Positions 10,692-20,281 are shown, counted from the first letter of the stretch. The stretch is 64,000 nt of DNA from an uncultured Gemmatimonadales bacterium (GCA_963701965.1 OY969695.1:832001-896000), one strand, 5' to 3'. Numbers and translations: made by a program. Notes: a model not told the origin generated them from the sequence alone.

Positions 10692-10939
10692 CGCGCTCAC
10701 TCCTAAGTGCTTGCGTACGTGCCAGTCTAGCGACTGGGGCCCCAATAGGTCGTTTGACCTAGGTCGCCTTGCGGAACTGCAGTGTCTTGCCGATCCCCGA
10801 TTGGGATGCCATCGTCATGCCGGACTCTACCCGAGTGCGTTCTGTCGGTTTCGCGCTCAGCGCGACGGCATCCGTCGTCCATGGTCAAACGCCCGGGATC
10901 TGCACGCCGGGTGTCATTTCCGGCAGCTACGAGCGGAGA

Positions 10940-11560
10940 TCACGATGACTCGCGCGAGCCGTGATAGTGACGGCGCGCGCGCGCACGGTCACCGCAATCC
11001 TTCTTGCACCACTTTCGCGTGCCATTCTTGCTCTCGTCCAAGAACAGCCAGTCGCAGTCACCGCACCGCTTGAGCCGCGTCAAGCGATCGGACATGAGCA
11101 GCTCGACTGCCGAGGACACGATCGGCCACACGAACGCATCGAGCTCGTCGTCGCCGACCTGAAGGACGAGCGCGAAAACGCCGGACTGCGAGATCAACTG
11201 CCGCCGGCTGCAGTCGGCGCGCCACCACTTGCCGATGTGCGCTACGGCGTCTGGAGATGGCTCGGCTCCGTCAGCGATCGGCCGAAACACCGCATAGAGT
11301 CGCTCGCGCAGGTCACGCGTTCGCTCCAGTGCCGCTTGGGCCTCGAGCGGCTCCTTGACCATCCGCCTGCCGAGGCGATCGGCACGCGACTTCTCCACGA
11401 TCCCCGCGCGGCGACCCCAGACGAGGAGATCGGCGTACGTCAGCAGGCGCTCGCGCGGAGACGCGCTCTGCCTGGCGCCTGTCGTGTTGAGCAGGTCCAG
11501 GCACAAGGCACCGCCGATAAGTTGTAACTCGCCTACTGGTAATAGTTTACGCTTCGCCAT
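10940..11560 (-). CDS. ABATE/CGNR zinc-finger family regulator
   Basis: GGALCLDLLNT; RLKRCGDCDWLFLDESKNGTRKWC..DCGDR. Confidence 0.9.
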   Translation of the reverse strand: MAKRKLLPVGELQLIGGALCLDLLNTTGARQSASPRERLLTYADLLVWGRRAGIVEKSRADRLGRRMVKEPLEAQAALERTRDLRERLYAVFRPIADGAEPSPDAVAHIGKWWRADCSRRQLISQSGVFALVLQVGDDELDAFVWPIVSSAVELLMSDRLTRLKRCGDCDWLFLDESKNGTRKWCKKDCGDRARARRHYHGSRESS

Positions 11561-11605
11561 ACTGGCTCTACTGGCAATATCTCATGCTCAAACGTAGTTT
11601 GAGGC

Positions 11606-12427
11606 GTGATAAGCGGTGAAACCTCTCCATTTGTCATCAAGCTAGTCGTCGTCCCGGCGTTGGTTGGTGTGGCGAGCTGGATAGCCCACCGTTGGGGCCC
11701 CAATGCCGGCGGTTGGTTCGTGGCGCTCCCGCTCACGTCCGGGCCCGTATTATTTCTGCTGGCGCTCGAGCGAGGGCCGGTGTTCGCCAGAGTGGCGTGC
11801 GTTGGTGCGCTCCTCGCCATCACGTCACTGTCGGCGTTCGTGCTCGCCTACTGTTGGTCGGCTCGACGTTTCGCTTGGCAGTGGAGCAGCATCGCGGGTT
11901 GTGCGGGGTATGTCGCCTGCACTTTGACGCTCGCGCCTTTCTCGACATCGCTCGGCTGGACATTTCTCGCTGTCTCGGCGATCCTGGCCGGCGCAGTCCA
12001 TATCACCCCAGCTGGGCCGAACGAGAGTCGTCGCACCCGGGCACCTGCATGGGAAATCCCGGTTCGTATGGCACTCGCGGCCGCAATGGTGTGGGGCCTC
12101 ACGAGCGCGGCGGCGCGTGTTGGACCCTGGGTCAGCGGCCTGCTGATGCCGTTTCCTGTCACGGCCACGATCCTCGCCGCGTTCACCCATCGCCTGGACG
12201 GCGGCCGCGCCGCCTCCCAGCTCCTTCGTAGCCTGCTGATCGGGCTATTCGCGTTCGCGGTGTTCCTGCTGGTGATCGGTACAACCATCGAGCTTTGGAC
12301 GGTCGGTACCACGTTCGTCGCGGCAACAGTCGCGACCCTGGCGGTCCACGCCTTCGTGGGGCACCGGATCCGCGAGCGATCCGGAGTACCGCGTGCGCCG
12401 ACCGCACCCACGGTGATCGGCGCATGA
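11606..12427 (+). CDS. Multi-pass membrane protein of unknown function
   Basis: About 9-10 hydrophobic segments, two-fold internal repeat (RWGPNAGG / RVGPWVSG); overlaps the next start (ATGA). Confidence 0.75.
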   Translation: MISGETSPFVIKLVVVPALVGVASWIAHRWGPNAGGWFVALPLTSGPVLFLLALERGPVFARVACVGALLAITSLSAFVLAYCWSARRFAWQWSSIAGCAGYVACTLTLAPFSTSLGWTFLAVSAILAGAVHITPAGPNESRRTRAPAWEIPVRMALAAAMVWGLTSAAARVGPWVSGLLMPFPVTATILAAFTHRLDGGRAASQLLRSLLIGLFAFAVFLLVIGTTIELWTVGTTFVAATVATLAVHAFVGHRIRERSGVPRAPTAPTVIGA

Positions 12428-13557
12428 CGCTCCGCGACCTGTTCGACGTGCCTACGGACGTGACGTACCTCAACTCCGCGAATATCGGACCCCGACTGCA
12501 CGCTGTGAGCCGCGCTGGCGTCGAGGCGATTCGATCGCAGGCCTCGCCCTGGCGCCTGCGGTCGCCGGACTGGTTTGCCGGTGCGGAACGTCTCCGCGCG
12601 CTCGCCGCCCAAGTCATGGGCGCCGACGCCGACGGTGTGGCACTCGTGCCGGCGGCGAGCTACGGTATCGCAGTGGCCGCAGCGAACGTCAGTGTCGTTC
12701 GCGGCCAATCCATCGTCGTGTTGGCTCGGCAGTTTCCCTCCAACATCTACGCGTGGCGAGATCTCGCGCGGCAGCGGGGCGCCCGGCTCGTGACGGTCGA
12801 ACGCGACGCGGGCAGGTGGACGGACTCGGTGCTTGCGGCGATCGACGACGACACTGCTCTTGTCGCGATCCCGAACTGTCATTGGACCGACGGCAGCCTT
12901 GTCGAGCTCGAGCCGATCTCGGTGCGCGCCCGGGCCGTCGGCGCGGCCCTCGTGATCGACGCGAGTCAATCGCTGGGCGCGTATCCGCTCGATGTCGCAC
13001 GCATCCAGCCAGACTTCCTCGTCACGGTCGGATATAAGTGGCTCCTGGGCCCGTATGGGCTCGGCTACCTGTACGTGGCGCCACGCTGGCGTGACATCGG
13101 TGTACCGCTCGAACGATCGTGGCTGACACGCCGGGGCAGCGAGGACTTTGCGCGGCTCGTCGACTACACCGACGAATACCGCGCCGGTGCGCGGCGGTTC
13201 GACATGGGAGAGTGTCCGCAGTTCAACTTGGTGCCGATGGCCTGCGCGGCGCTGGAGCAGATCCTGCGCTGGGGCGTCAGTGAGATCCAGCGCTCGTTGA
13301 CCGCGCTGACGGAAGATCTCGTCCGTCTGGCGGCCCACATCGGCTTCGAAGCCGTCGAATCTGCGGGTCGCGCTGGACACTTCGTCGGGCTGCGGAGGTC
13401 TGGCGGCATTCCGGAGACGATAGCGGCCGCGCTTGCGGCCGAGCAAATCTACGTGAGCCTACGGGGCGACTCGATCCGCGTGGCGCCTCACCGCCATAAC
13501 GACGCGGCCGATATCGATCGGCTGATCGCGATCCTGGGACGGCCATGGCATACGTGA
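12424..13557 (+). CDS. PLP-dependent class V aminotransferase (cysteine desulfurase/kynureninase-like)
   Basis: YLNSA, VIDASQSLG, GYKWLLGPYGLG, IRVAPH. Confidence 0.9.
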   Translation: MTLRDLFDVPTDVTYLNSANIGPRLHAVSRAGVEAIRSQASPWRLRSPDWFAGAERLRALAAQVMGADADGVALVPAASYGIAVAAANVSVVRGQSIVVLARQFPSNIYAWRDLARQRGARLVTVERDAGRWTDSVLAAIDDDTALVAIPNCHWTDGSLVELEPISVRARAVGAALVIDASQSLGAYPLDVARIQPDFLVTVGYKWLLGPYGLGYLYVAPRWRDIGVPLERSWLTRRGSEDFARLVDYTDEYRAGARRFDMGECPQFNLVPMACAALEQILRWGVSEIQRSLTALTEDLVRLAAHIGFEAVESAGRAGHFVGLRRSGGIPETIAAALAAEQIYVSLRGDSIRVAPHRHNDAADIDRLIAILGRPWHT

Positions 13558-13772
13558 ACCTCGGCCGGGCCTCGAGGTCTCACGCCTGGGGTTGGCGCCA
13601 GGTGGTATTGAGCTTATAATCGGGAAACAATCAGTGATTGTGTCTAGGGTTCCGCCAATCCGGTTGCGATTGGGTCTGTGACCAAGCGACACCACGGCTG
13701 CTTCAGCCGCACAACTTAAGGCATAAAAGGCCTGAGGTCATTCCTACCCCAACGGGCGGAAGGGCCGAGGCT

Positions 13773-14426
13773 ATGCCTGACACCTCATCACTTGCAGTTG
13801 CGAACGTAATCGTGCCGGGAGCGCGCATGTCCGGCAGGCTGATTGCGTTGGAACCTCTTTCCCTTGCTCACACGGACGAGTTGCTACCGATCGTTCGAGA
13901 CCCGGCCATCTGGCAATTCCTCAGCAGCAACGCGTCGACAAAGGCATCGCTCGATCGGTACATCATCGCCGCTGTGAAGGATCGCGAGGGTGGCTCGGCA
14001 GCGCCCTTCGTCGTTCGCTGGCGCCGGACGGGTTCCCTCGTCGGTGCCACTCGTTTGAAGGAGTACTGTGCCGAGCACCGCAGAGTAACGATTGGATCGT
14101 GGTTCATACCGGCCGTGTGGGGACTCGGGGCCAATCCTGAATCCAAATTGTTGTTGCTCACCGTGGCATTTGAGCAGCTGCGATGCGAGCGCGTGGAATT
14201 TCGCACCGACAGCAGAAACACGCGCTCCCGAGCCGCCTTGAAGGCGCTCGGTGCAGTGGAAGAAGGCATCCGGCGTTCGTACGCGGAGACCGGTCGAGGC
14301 AACGGGGACCGTCGCGACGACGTCCTGTACAGCCTGCTGCAAGAGGAATGGCCGGCTTCGAAGCGACGCCTAATGAACCGCATTGAAGGAATTGTGGAGA
14401 GCAATGCTGTCCTCGATGCCAGCTAG
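13773..14426 (+). CDS. RimJ/RimL-type GNAT acetyltransferase
   Basis: IGSWF..VWG.GANPESKLLLL..AFE; RVEFRTDSRNTRSRAALKALGAVEEG. Confidence 0.88.
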   Translation: MPDTSSLAVANVIVPGARMSGRLIALEPLSLAHTDELLPIVRDPAIWQFLSSNASTKASLDRYIIAAVKDREGGSAAPFVVRWRRTGSLVGATRLKEYCAEHRRVTIGSWFIPAVWGLGANPESKLLLLTVAFEQLRCERVEFRTDSRNTRSRAALKALGAVEEGIRRSYAETGRGNGDRRDDVLYSLLQEEWPASKRRLMNRIEGIVESNAVLDAS

Positions 14427-14477
14427 ACACCCATGCCGTCGTCGCCCCGGCAGGGACGGGTCGCAACTGAAATACGT

Positions 14478-14901
14478 TCAGGTGGCTGGCGGTGGCAGTT
14501 TGACGTCGATCGAAAGAAATGCGTGCCAAGCGCCATCCTCGTAGCGATAGATATCCATCCACCGCTTCCCGGTCGCCGGGCCGCCGACCCAGGCTGACGT
14601 GCCGTGCACTACGACGGTCGCGGTCGGATAAGTGTGGCAGGGGCTTGTCCGGACTGCCTGAGCGTCCGGCCCCACGCAGTTCGGCGGCGCGGTCTTCCTC
14701 GACGCCGGCCAGCGAGTACCAGCGAAAGTCCGGTGTCAGCAAACAGCGGAGAAACGTCGTGTCACCGTGGATATACGCGGCGGACCATGCACTATCCACC
14801 CGTCGGACGGACGCGGCGTCCGGGTGTTGGTGTGGCAGCTGGTGTCCGGCGCAGGAAGGAGACGCTGCGAGGAGTACGAGCGTGAGAGAAATGAGAGTCA
14901 T
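14478..14901 (-). CDS. Secreted DUF4440/NTF2-like protein (frameshift ~14635)
   Basis: Signal peptide then AWSAAYIHGD..LLTPDF; continues in another frame as VVVHGTSAWV..RWMDIYRYEDGAWH. Confidence 0.65.
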
Positions 14902-15340
14902 ACGGACAACGTGCTCGCCGCGATATGAATCGGGCAAGCACATTGCAGCCAGTCGGGCCGCTACTGCAGTGACCGCGCACTTGTTACTTGCTGCGAGATA
15001 CGCTCGTTGCCTGGGACGCCGGTTGTCCGTGTTGCCGCGGAGCGATCGCAGTGGCTGCCTGGGCCGGTATGCGCGGTCGACGGACCGCGCGCCTGACGTC
15101 ATATCTCGCGATTCGCACCGCGCGACGCGCCATGTCATGGGAACCGTAGTCGGACTCGCGGTCTAAACTGTCCTGCCGGCCGCACCCTCAACCGTGGACC
15201 GACAGGGACAGGTACAGGGACAGTTGCTTGCGTTCTAGGGACTCTTTCGCGGTTCCGAATCAGGGCGGATCACGGCAGCCTCAGAGTGAAAACCCGGCAT
15301 CGTGCCGGACTTCGACACGAATATCGTTATACGTTTCCCT

Positions 15341-16120
15341 ATGGCCTCGCGCACTGGCCCGTCGATCGACCTGAACGCCGATCTCGGCGAGGGGTTTGGC
15401 GCGTACCGCCTGGGCGACGACGCGGCGCTCCTCGGGCTCGTGACGTCGGCGAGCATCGCCTGCGGATTCCACGCGGGGGATCCGATCACGATGCGGGAGA
15501 CGGTGGACGCGGCCGGCCGGACGGGCGCCGTCGTCGGCGCCCACCCGGGCTATCCGGACCGTTCGGGGTTCGGCCGCCGCGACCTTGGGGCGTCACCCGC
15601 GGAGGTCACCGCGGACGTGCTGTACCAGATCGGCGCGCTCCAGGCGATCGCGCGCGCGGCAGGCAGCCGGGTACGCTATGTGAAGCCGCACGGGGCGTTG
15701 TACAATCGCGCGGCGCGCGACGCGCCGACGGCCCGCGCTATCGCCGAGGCGGTGCGCCTCGCGGATCCGTCGCTGGTGCTCTTGGGGCTTGCGGGGAGCG
15801 CGATGATCGAGGCCGGCCGCGCGGCGGGTATCGAAACCGCCGCCGAGGCGTTCGCCGACCGGGCCTACGGGCCCGACGGATCGCTGGCGCCGCGCAGCGC
15901 CGCTGGCGCCGTGCTCACCGATCCCGACGTCGTCGCCGCACGCGCCGTGCGCCTGGTGACCGAGTCGACCGTCGAGATGCTCGGCGGCGGCGTGCTGCGG
16001 CTGCACGCCGACTCACTCTGTGTGCACGGCGACACGCCGGGCGCCCTGGCGCTGGTGCGCGCCGTGCGGGCCGCGCTCAACGCGGCCGGAGTCTCGCTGT
16101 CACCGTTCGTCCGTGGCTGA
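15341..16120 (+). CDS. pxpA: 5-oxoprolinase subunit A (LamB/YcsF)
   Basis: IDLNADLGEGFG, ACGFHAGDP, YVKPHGALYN, EAFADRAY, CVHGD. Confidence 0.96.
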   Translation: MASRTGPSIDLNADLGEGFGAYRLGDDAALLGLVTSASIACGFHAGDPITMRETVDAAGRTGAVVGAHPGYPDRSGFGRRDLGASPAEVTADVLYQIGALQAIARAAGSRVRYVKPHGALYNRAARDAPTARAIAEAVRLADPSLVLLGLAGSAMIEAGRAAGIETAAEAFADRAYGPDGSLAPRSAAGAVLTDPDVVAARAVRLVTESTVEMLGGGVLRLHADSLCVHGDTPGALALVRAVRAALNAAGVSLSPFVRG

Positions 16121-16760
16121 CAGGGCGGAGATGGCCCCGCTCGGCGACCGGGCGCTGACCATCCGCCTCGGCCACACCGTCGACGCAACGCTCGCGGCAC
16201 GCGCCAATGCTTTGGCGTCCCACCTGCGCCGGGCCTCACTACCGGCCGTCTCCGAGGTCGTTCCGGGGTACGCGACGGTGACGGTGTTCTACGATCCTAC
16301 AGTCGCGACGTACGAGGCACTCTCGGCGACGCTCGCGCCTCTCTGCATCGATGCGCCTGCCAAGCTCGAGACGCCACGCGAGCACGTGATCCCGGTCGTG
16401 TACGACGGCCCGGACTTGGCCGAGGTGGCGCGCCGCACGGGCCTGGCGCCGACGGATGTCATCGCCCGTCACGTGGACCGCACGTACACGGCGTACGTCG
16501 TCGGATTCGTGCCGGGCTTCGCCTACCTCGGCGAGCTGGATCCCTCGCTCTCTCTCCCGCGCCGCGACCAACCCCGGCCCCGCGTACCCGCGGGTTCTGT
16601 GGCGATCGCGGGCCAACAGACCGCCGTGTACCCGCTGGCGACACCGGGCGGCTGGCACTTGATCGGCCACACGCGCCTCACGCTGTTCGACGCGACCGCT
16701 GATCCACCGGCTTTACTCGCCGCGGGCGACCGCGTCCGCTTCGTATCCGCGAACGAATGA
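16113..16760 (+). CDS. pxpB: 5-oxoprolinase subunit B (start 16113 or 16131)
   Basis: PLGDRAL, IPVVYDGPDL, GFVPGFAYLG, PAGSVAIAG, TPGGWHLIG. Confidence 0.95.
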   Translation: MADRAEMAPLGDRALTIRLGHTVDATLAARANALASHLRRASLPAVSEVVPGYATVTVFYDPTVATYEALSATLAPLCIDAPAKLETPREHVIPVVYDGPDLAEVARRTGLAPTDVIARHVDRTYTAYVVGFVPGFAYLGELDPSLSLPRRDQPRPRVPAGSVAIAGQQTAVYPLATPGGWHLIGHTRLTLFDATADPPALLAAGDRVRFVSANE

Positions 16761-17605
16761 TCGAGGTCGCGGTAGCGCCACCGTTCGCGACGATCCAGGA
16801 CCTCGGCCGCCCTGGCTATCGCGCCTACGGCGTCCCGGTCGCGGGCGCGATGGACGCCGATGCCTTGGCCCTGGCGAACGCCCTGGCCGACAACCCGCCC
16901 AACACCGCGGCCATCGAATGGGCCGTCGGCGGTGGCACACTGCTCTTTCGGATGCCCGCGCGCTTCGCGCTTGCGGGCGCCGTCGGCGAGGTGCATCTCA
17001 ACCAGCACGCGATCGCCGTCCACGCACCGGTCGATGCGCCGGCGAACAGCACGCTAACTCTCAGCCCTCCGGCGGGCGGCCGCTTTCTGTACGTCGCGGT
17101 CTCGGGCGGGATCGACGTGCCCGTGGTCCTCGGCAGCCGCTCCACGTATCTCGCCGGCCGCTTCGGCGGCCACGAAGGCCGCACCTTGCGCACGGGCGAC
17201 GTGCTGCCGATCGGCACCGCGCGCGGCGCGGCGCCAGCGCGAGAAGCGCCGCGCAGCGGCGCGATCCGCGTGATACCGGGCCCGCACCGGAACCAATTCA
17301 CCGAAGCGCACTGGATGCAGTTCTTGGCCACCGAATACCGCGTCTCGCCAACCGCCGACCGCACCGGCTACCGCCTCGATGGACCTGCGCTCACGTCTGG
17401 CGACTGGGGCACGCTCCCATCCGAACCCGTATGCCCCGGCGCCATTCAGATCACGGCGGGCGGCACGCCGATCGCGCTGATGGCCGACGCCCCAACACTC
17501 GGTGGGTACCCCGTGATCGCCGTCGTCCATTCCGCCGACATTGGCAGCCTGGCGCAACGGGTCTCTGGCGCCAGCGTTCAATTCTTCACTGACGGATCAT
17601 ATTGA
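16757..17605 (+). CDS. pxpC: 5-oxoprolinase subunit C
   Basis: TIQDLGRPG, GAMD, VLGSRST, DRTGYRL, GGYPVI. Confidence 0.95.
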   Translation: MIEVAVAPPFATIQDLGRPGYRAYGVPVAGAMDADALALANALADNPPNTAAIEWAVGGGTLLFRMPARFALAGAVGEVHLNQHAIAVHAPVDAPANSTLTLSPPAGGRFLYVAVSGGIDVPVVLGSRSTYLAGRFGGHEGRTLRTGDVLPIGTARGAAPAREAPRSGAIRVIPGPHRNQFTEAHWMQFLATEYRVSPTADRTGYRLDGPALTSGDWGTLPSEPVCPGAIQITAGGTPIALMADAPTLGGYPVIAVVHSADIGSLAQRVSGASVQFFTDGSY

Positions 17606-17724
17606 ATGACACGCTATTGAGATCACCGCCCAGGTGTCTCAATTGCGGTCAGCGTCGCCAGAAACCTTCCGTCGCCACCAAACGTGATGTCGATTGCGCC
17701 GCTCAAGTGTCGAGCGGTTTGGTG

Positions 17725-18441
17725 CTACTGGAGCGTCAAATCGGCCGCGATCTCACTGAGTATTTTGCGCACGCGCGTGATCACTGCAATGCGGTTGGCG
17801 GCGGAGTTCAGGTGCGCATCCAGTGAGTCAGCATAATCCTGATGAGCAAGAAGCGTAGCCGCGCCGGTTCGAAGGTAACTCCTGATGTGGACCGGAGACG
17901 CCGCAATCTCGGCGAGGATCGCTGGGCGCGACGCGAGGACGGCCAGAATGTCCTCGATGTCAGTGCTCACGCGTGGATTATCGCTGCCGCGGTCCTTGTA
18001 GGCCTCCCACTTCAGCACGAGGAAGCCTGGCGCGCTGGCGTGCCGAATCTCCACGCCGTGAATGACGGTACGGACTGCGGTGTCGAACGCCACCCTGTCC
18101 CATGGGTTACCGGTCGTACCTAGGTGGTTGCCTGTCGGAACGAGGTCAAATGGCATTCCCGTCGGCGAAATCCACCGATGGGCGTGGTGTTGCCGAGCCT
18201 CCGTTCCGACCGCGTGTTTGAACCCAGCGTCGCGCAGGACACCTTCAAGCTTGCCCTGGTCCGCGTAGGTAACAGTCGCCACGATGGCATCAATGTCATC
18301 CGTCGCGCGCACACGCGGCATCGGCGGGTCGGTTTGCAGCAGCGGGGCGATAGCGCCGCCGATGAATACGATCTTTTCATTCCAGACGCCTAGCGCAGCG
18401 GCGATGGCTGCCATCGGCTTAAGCGAAGGCGAGTCGTTCAC
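17725..18441 (-). CDS. Nucleotidyltransferase-fold putative toxin (AbiEii/MenT-like)
   Basis: VFIGGA, RATDDID, FDLVP, LKWEAY..RG..DIEDI; start overlaps the upstream stop. Confidence 0.75.
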   Translation of the reverse strand: MNDSPSLKPMAAIAAALGVWNEKIVFIGGAIAPLLQTDPPMPRVRATDDIDAIVATVTYADQGKLEGVLRDAGFKHAVGTEARQHHAHRWISPTGMPFDLVPTGNHLGTTGNPWDRVAFDTAVRTVIHGVEIRHASAPGFLVLKWEAYKDRGSDNPRVSTDIEDILAVLASRPAILAEIAASPVHIRSYLRTGAATLLAHQDYADSLDAHLNSAANRIAVITRVRKILSEIAADLTLQ

Positions 18442-18974
18442 GAAGGCGAGTTGCGGTGAACCACCAATTGACCGTACAGAATTTCCCGTAGCTTGGCCGC
18501 CGCCAACTTGCGCTCTCGCACACGACCTACGCGTAGAGCATCAACGAGCGTCAAGAGGATGTACACGCCAGGAGAGCGCCGCGGAAGTTCGGCCGCCTTC
18601 GGCAAAAGAGGTAGCACAGTCCTCCCGACGACAGTTCCGTTATCAGACGGCCAAACGATCGCATCCTCAGCAACGATATCCTCGGCCATCGCTGGCCCAG
18701 CGTGCGCAGTCGGAACACCTTTGGCCTGCGCGCCCGGAGCAGTTGGAAAGGCATAGCGAACGCCGTGCTCGAGAAATTCGAGCAAGCTAGAGCGGTTCAC
18801 GACGGATTCGTCGGCAAGCACAAGTCCTGCAGCGCGCAGCCGACCAACTGCAGCGTGCGCGTTGCTAGCACTAATCCCAAGCACCTCATGGAGTTGCTCG
18901 TACGACGCCTTGGGATACTCTATGAGACCAACCGCAACACCGATATCAACGGGCCGCAGAGTGTTTTGCTTCAT
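18438..18974 (-). CDS. Winged-HTH putative antitoxin (AbiEi/MenA-like)
   Basis: SYEQLHEVLGISASNAHAAVGRLRAAGLV HTH; EFLEHGVRYAFP; LVDALRVGRVRER; GGAGG RBS before ATG 18974. Confidence 0.72.
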   Translation of the reverse strand: MKQNTLRPVDIGVAVGLIEYPKASYEQLHEVLGISASNAHAAVGRLRAAGLVLADESVVNRSSLLEFLEHGVRYAFPTAPGAQAKGVPTAHAGPAMAEDIVAEDAIVWPSDNGTVVGRTVLPLLPKAAELPRRSPGVYILLTLVDALRVGRVRERKLAAAKLREILYGQLVVHRNSPS

Positions 18975-18993
18975 TCGTAGGCCTCCGTTTTGC

Positions 18994-19044
18994 ATTCACG
19001 ATTCGCGAATCCAGAATAATACGAACGGCCGGACTCCGTGGCAA
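18994..19044 (-). promoter_or_regulatory. Sigma70 promoter with overlapping palindromic operator
   Basis: Minus strand TTGCCA-N17-TATTAT (19044-19016); palindrome ATTC-N2-GATTCGCGAATC-N2-GAAT at 18994-19017. Confidence 0.75.
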
Positions 19045-19105
19045 CGCCAGATTGCGCTTGTACAACGGAAACGTGCGCCTGTAAGTTGTAGCGCTGGCGG
19101 TACTT

Positions 19106-19190
19106 GGAGGGCTGGCAGAATGGCTATTGCACCAGTCTTGAAAACTGGCGCGGCGAAAGCCGCTTGGGGGTTCGAGTCCCTCGCCCTCCG
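19106..19190 (+). tRNA. tRNA-Ser(TGA), no encoded CCA
   Basis: Acceptor GGAGGGC/GCCCTCC, anticodon arm CCAGT-CTTGAAA-ACTGG, long variable arm, GTTCGAG T-loop. Confidence 0.96.
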
Positions 19191-19601
19191 TCAGGCCGGC
19201 GGCACGCGCATGTCGAGCAGCGTGCGCACATCGCGCAGCAGGGTCCGCAACGACACGCGCGTCTGCTGGAGCCGAAACCGGACGTGCTGTTCCGGGTCGT
19301 CGAAGTCGAAGAGCTCGCCCGTGACGTAGGCCGCACCGGTCGACTCGATCACGACCGTCAGGTACTCCGGCCGCCCCGCGTGATTCAGCGTCGCGCGGCC
19401 TCCGACCGCCTTGTCGAGCCACGCCAGGTCGTGCGCGAACTCATCGAGATCCGCGCGGTCGAACCAGAATGGCCGGTTGTGCACGTGGCCATCGACCTGC
19501 ACGCGAAAGAGGGCGCGGTAGAGTGTGACCTCATCGGCCGGCCGAGCATCCCGCAGCTCCATCCAATCCGGAGAATTGAGCGCCTGGACGCGAATATCCA
19601 T
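19191..19601 (-). CDS. Hypothetical protein (~136 aa)
   Basis: ATG 8 nt after the upstream stop, host-like codon usage; ends at the tRNA 3' end. Confidence 0.6.
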   Translation of the reverse strand: MDIRVQALNSPDWMELRDARPADEVTLYRALFRVQVDGHVHNRPFWFDRADLDEFAHDLAWLDKAVGGRATLNHAGRPEYLTVVIESTGAAYVTGELFDFDDPEQHVRFRLQQTRVSLRTLLRDVRTLLDMRVPPA

Positions 19602-19609
19602 GACGGGAG

Positions 19610-20281
19610 CTAGCGTTTGCGGATCAGCAACAGGTGCTTGTCGTTGAACGGCACGCGATCGAGGACTTCGGCGCCGGGTCCCAGCGCCGCGCGATAGGCG
19701 TCGAGCCCCCTCGGCTTCTCGATGCGGTTGAGTCGCAGCTTGTTGGCCAGATACTTGTTCGTCGCCGGATCCCACAGCGTCACCAGAAACGTCGCGCCCG
19801 GCCGCAACGCCTGCCACACGTTCGCCAACGCCCGCGTGAACGCGCCATCGTCGGTGATGTGCTGCGTCACATCGATCATCCAGCCCAGGTCGAACCCGCT
19901 CGCGGGAAGACGCACTGCCCCCGCGTCGCCGAGGAGGAACTTGTAGTCCGGGTAGCGCGCGCCGAGGCGTTCAATGGAGATACTGGCGATGTCATTGCCG
20001 GTGTACGTGCGAACGCCGCGCCCGCGCAGATACTCCGTCCAGTACCCGACCCCGCTGCCGATCTCCAAGACCCGTGTATCGGCGCCGATCGTCACTTGGT
20101 AGCGCGCCAGGAGCCCGTCGATGATCGCGCGCTTCTCGGCGTACATCGCCTGATTCTCGGCCTCGCTCAGCCGAAAATGTCCGACCCCCCGCAGGTCAAA
20201 CGACTCCGACAGCAGGTCGTTCCAGTACCGCTGGGGCCTGTAGCGGAAGAGCATCTGCATGTAGATCGCAAGGCGCCGCAT
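19610..20281 (-). CDS. Class I SAM-dependent methyltransferase
   Basis: VLEIGSGVG, YTGNDI, GDA, LRPGA. Confidence 0.85.
   Translation of the reverse strand: MRRLAIYMQMLFRYRPQRYWNDLLSESFDLRGVGHFRLSEAENQAMYAEKRAIIDGLLARYQVTIGADTRVLEIGSGVGYWTEYLRGRGVRTYTGNDIASISIERLGARYPDYKFLLGDAGAVRLPASGFDLGWMIDVTQHITDDGAFTRALANVWQALRPGATFLVTLWDPATNKYLANKLRLNRIEKPRGLDAYRAALGPGAEVLDRVPFNDKHLLLIRKR

Larger units (their letters stand above)
9823..15341. mobile_element. Decayed tyrosine-integrase integrative element with attL/attR-like direct repeats
   Basis: Perfect 14-bp direct repeat TATACGTTTCCCTA at 9823-9836 and 15328-15341; CAGGGACAG motifs near both ends; integrase remnant at the left end; visibly lower GC than the flanks. 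Confidence 0.8.
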
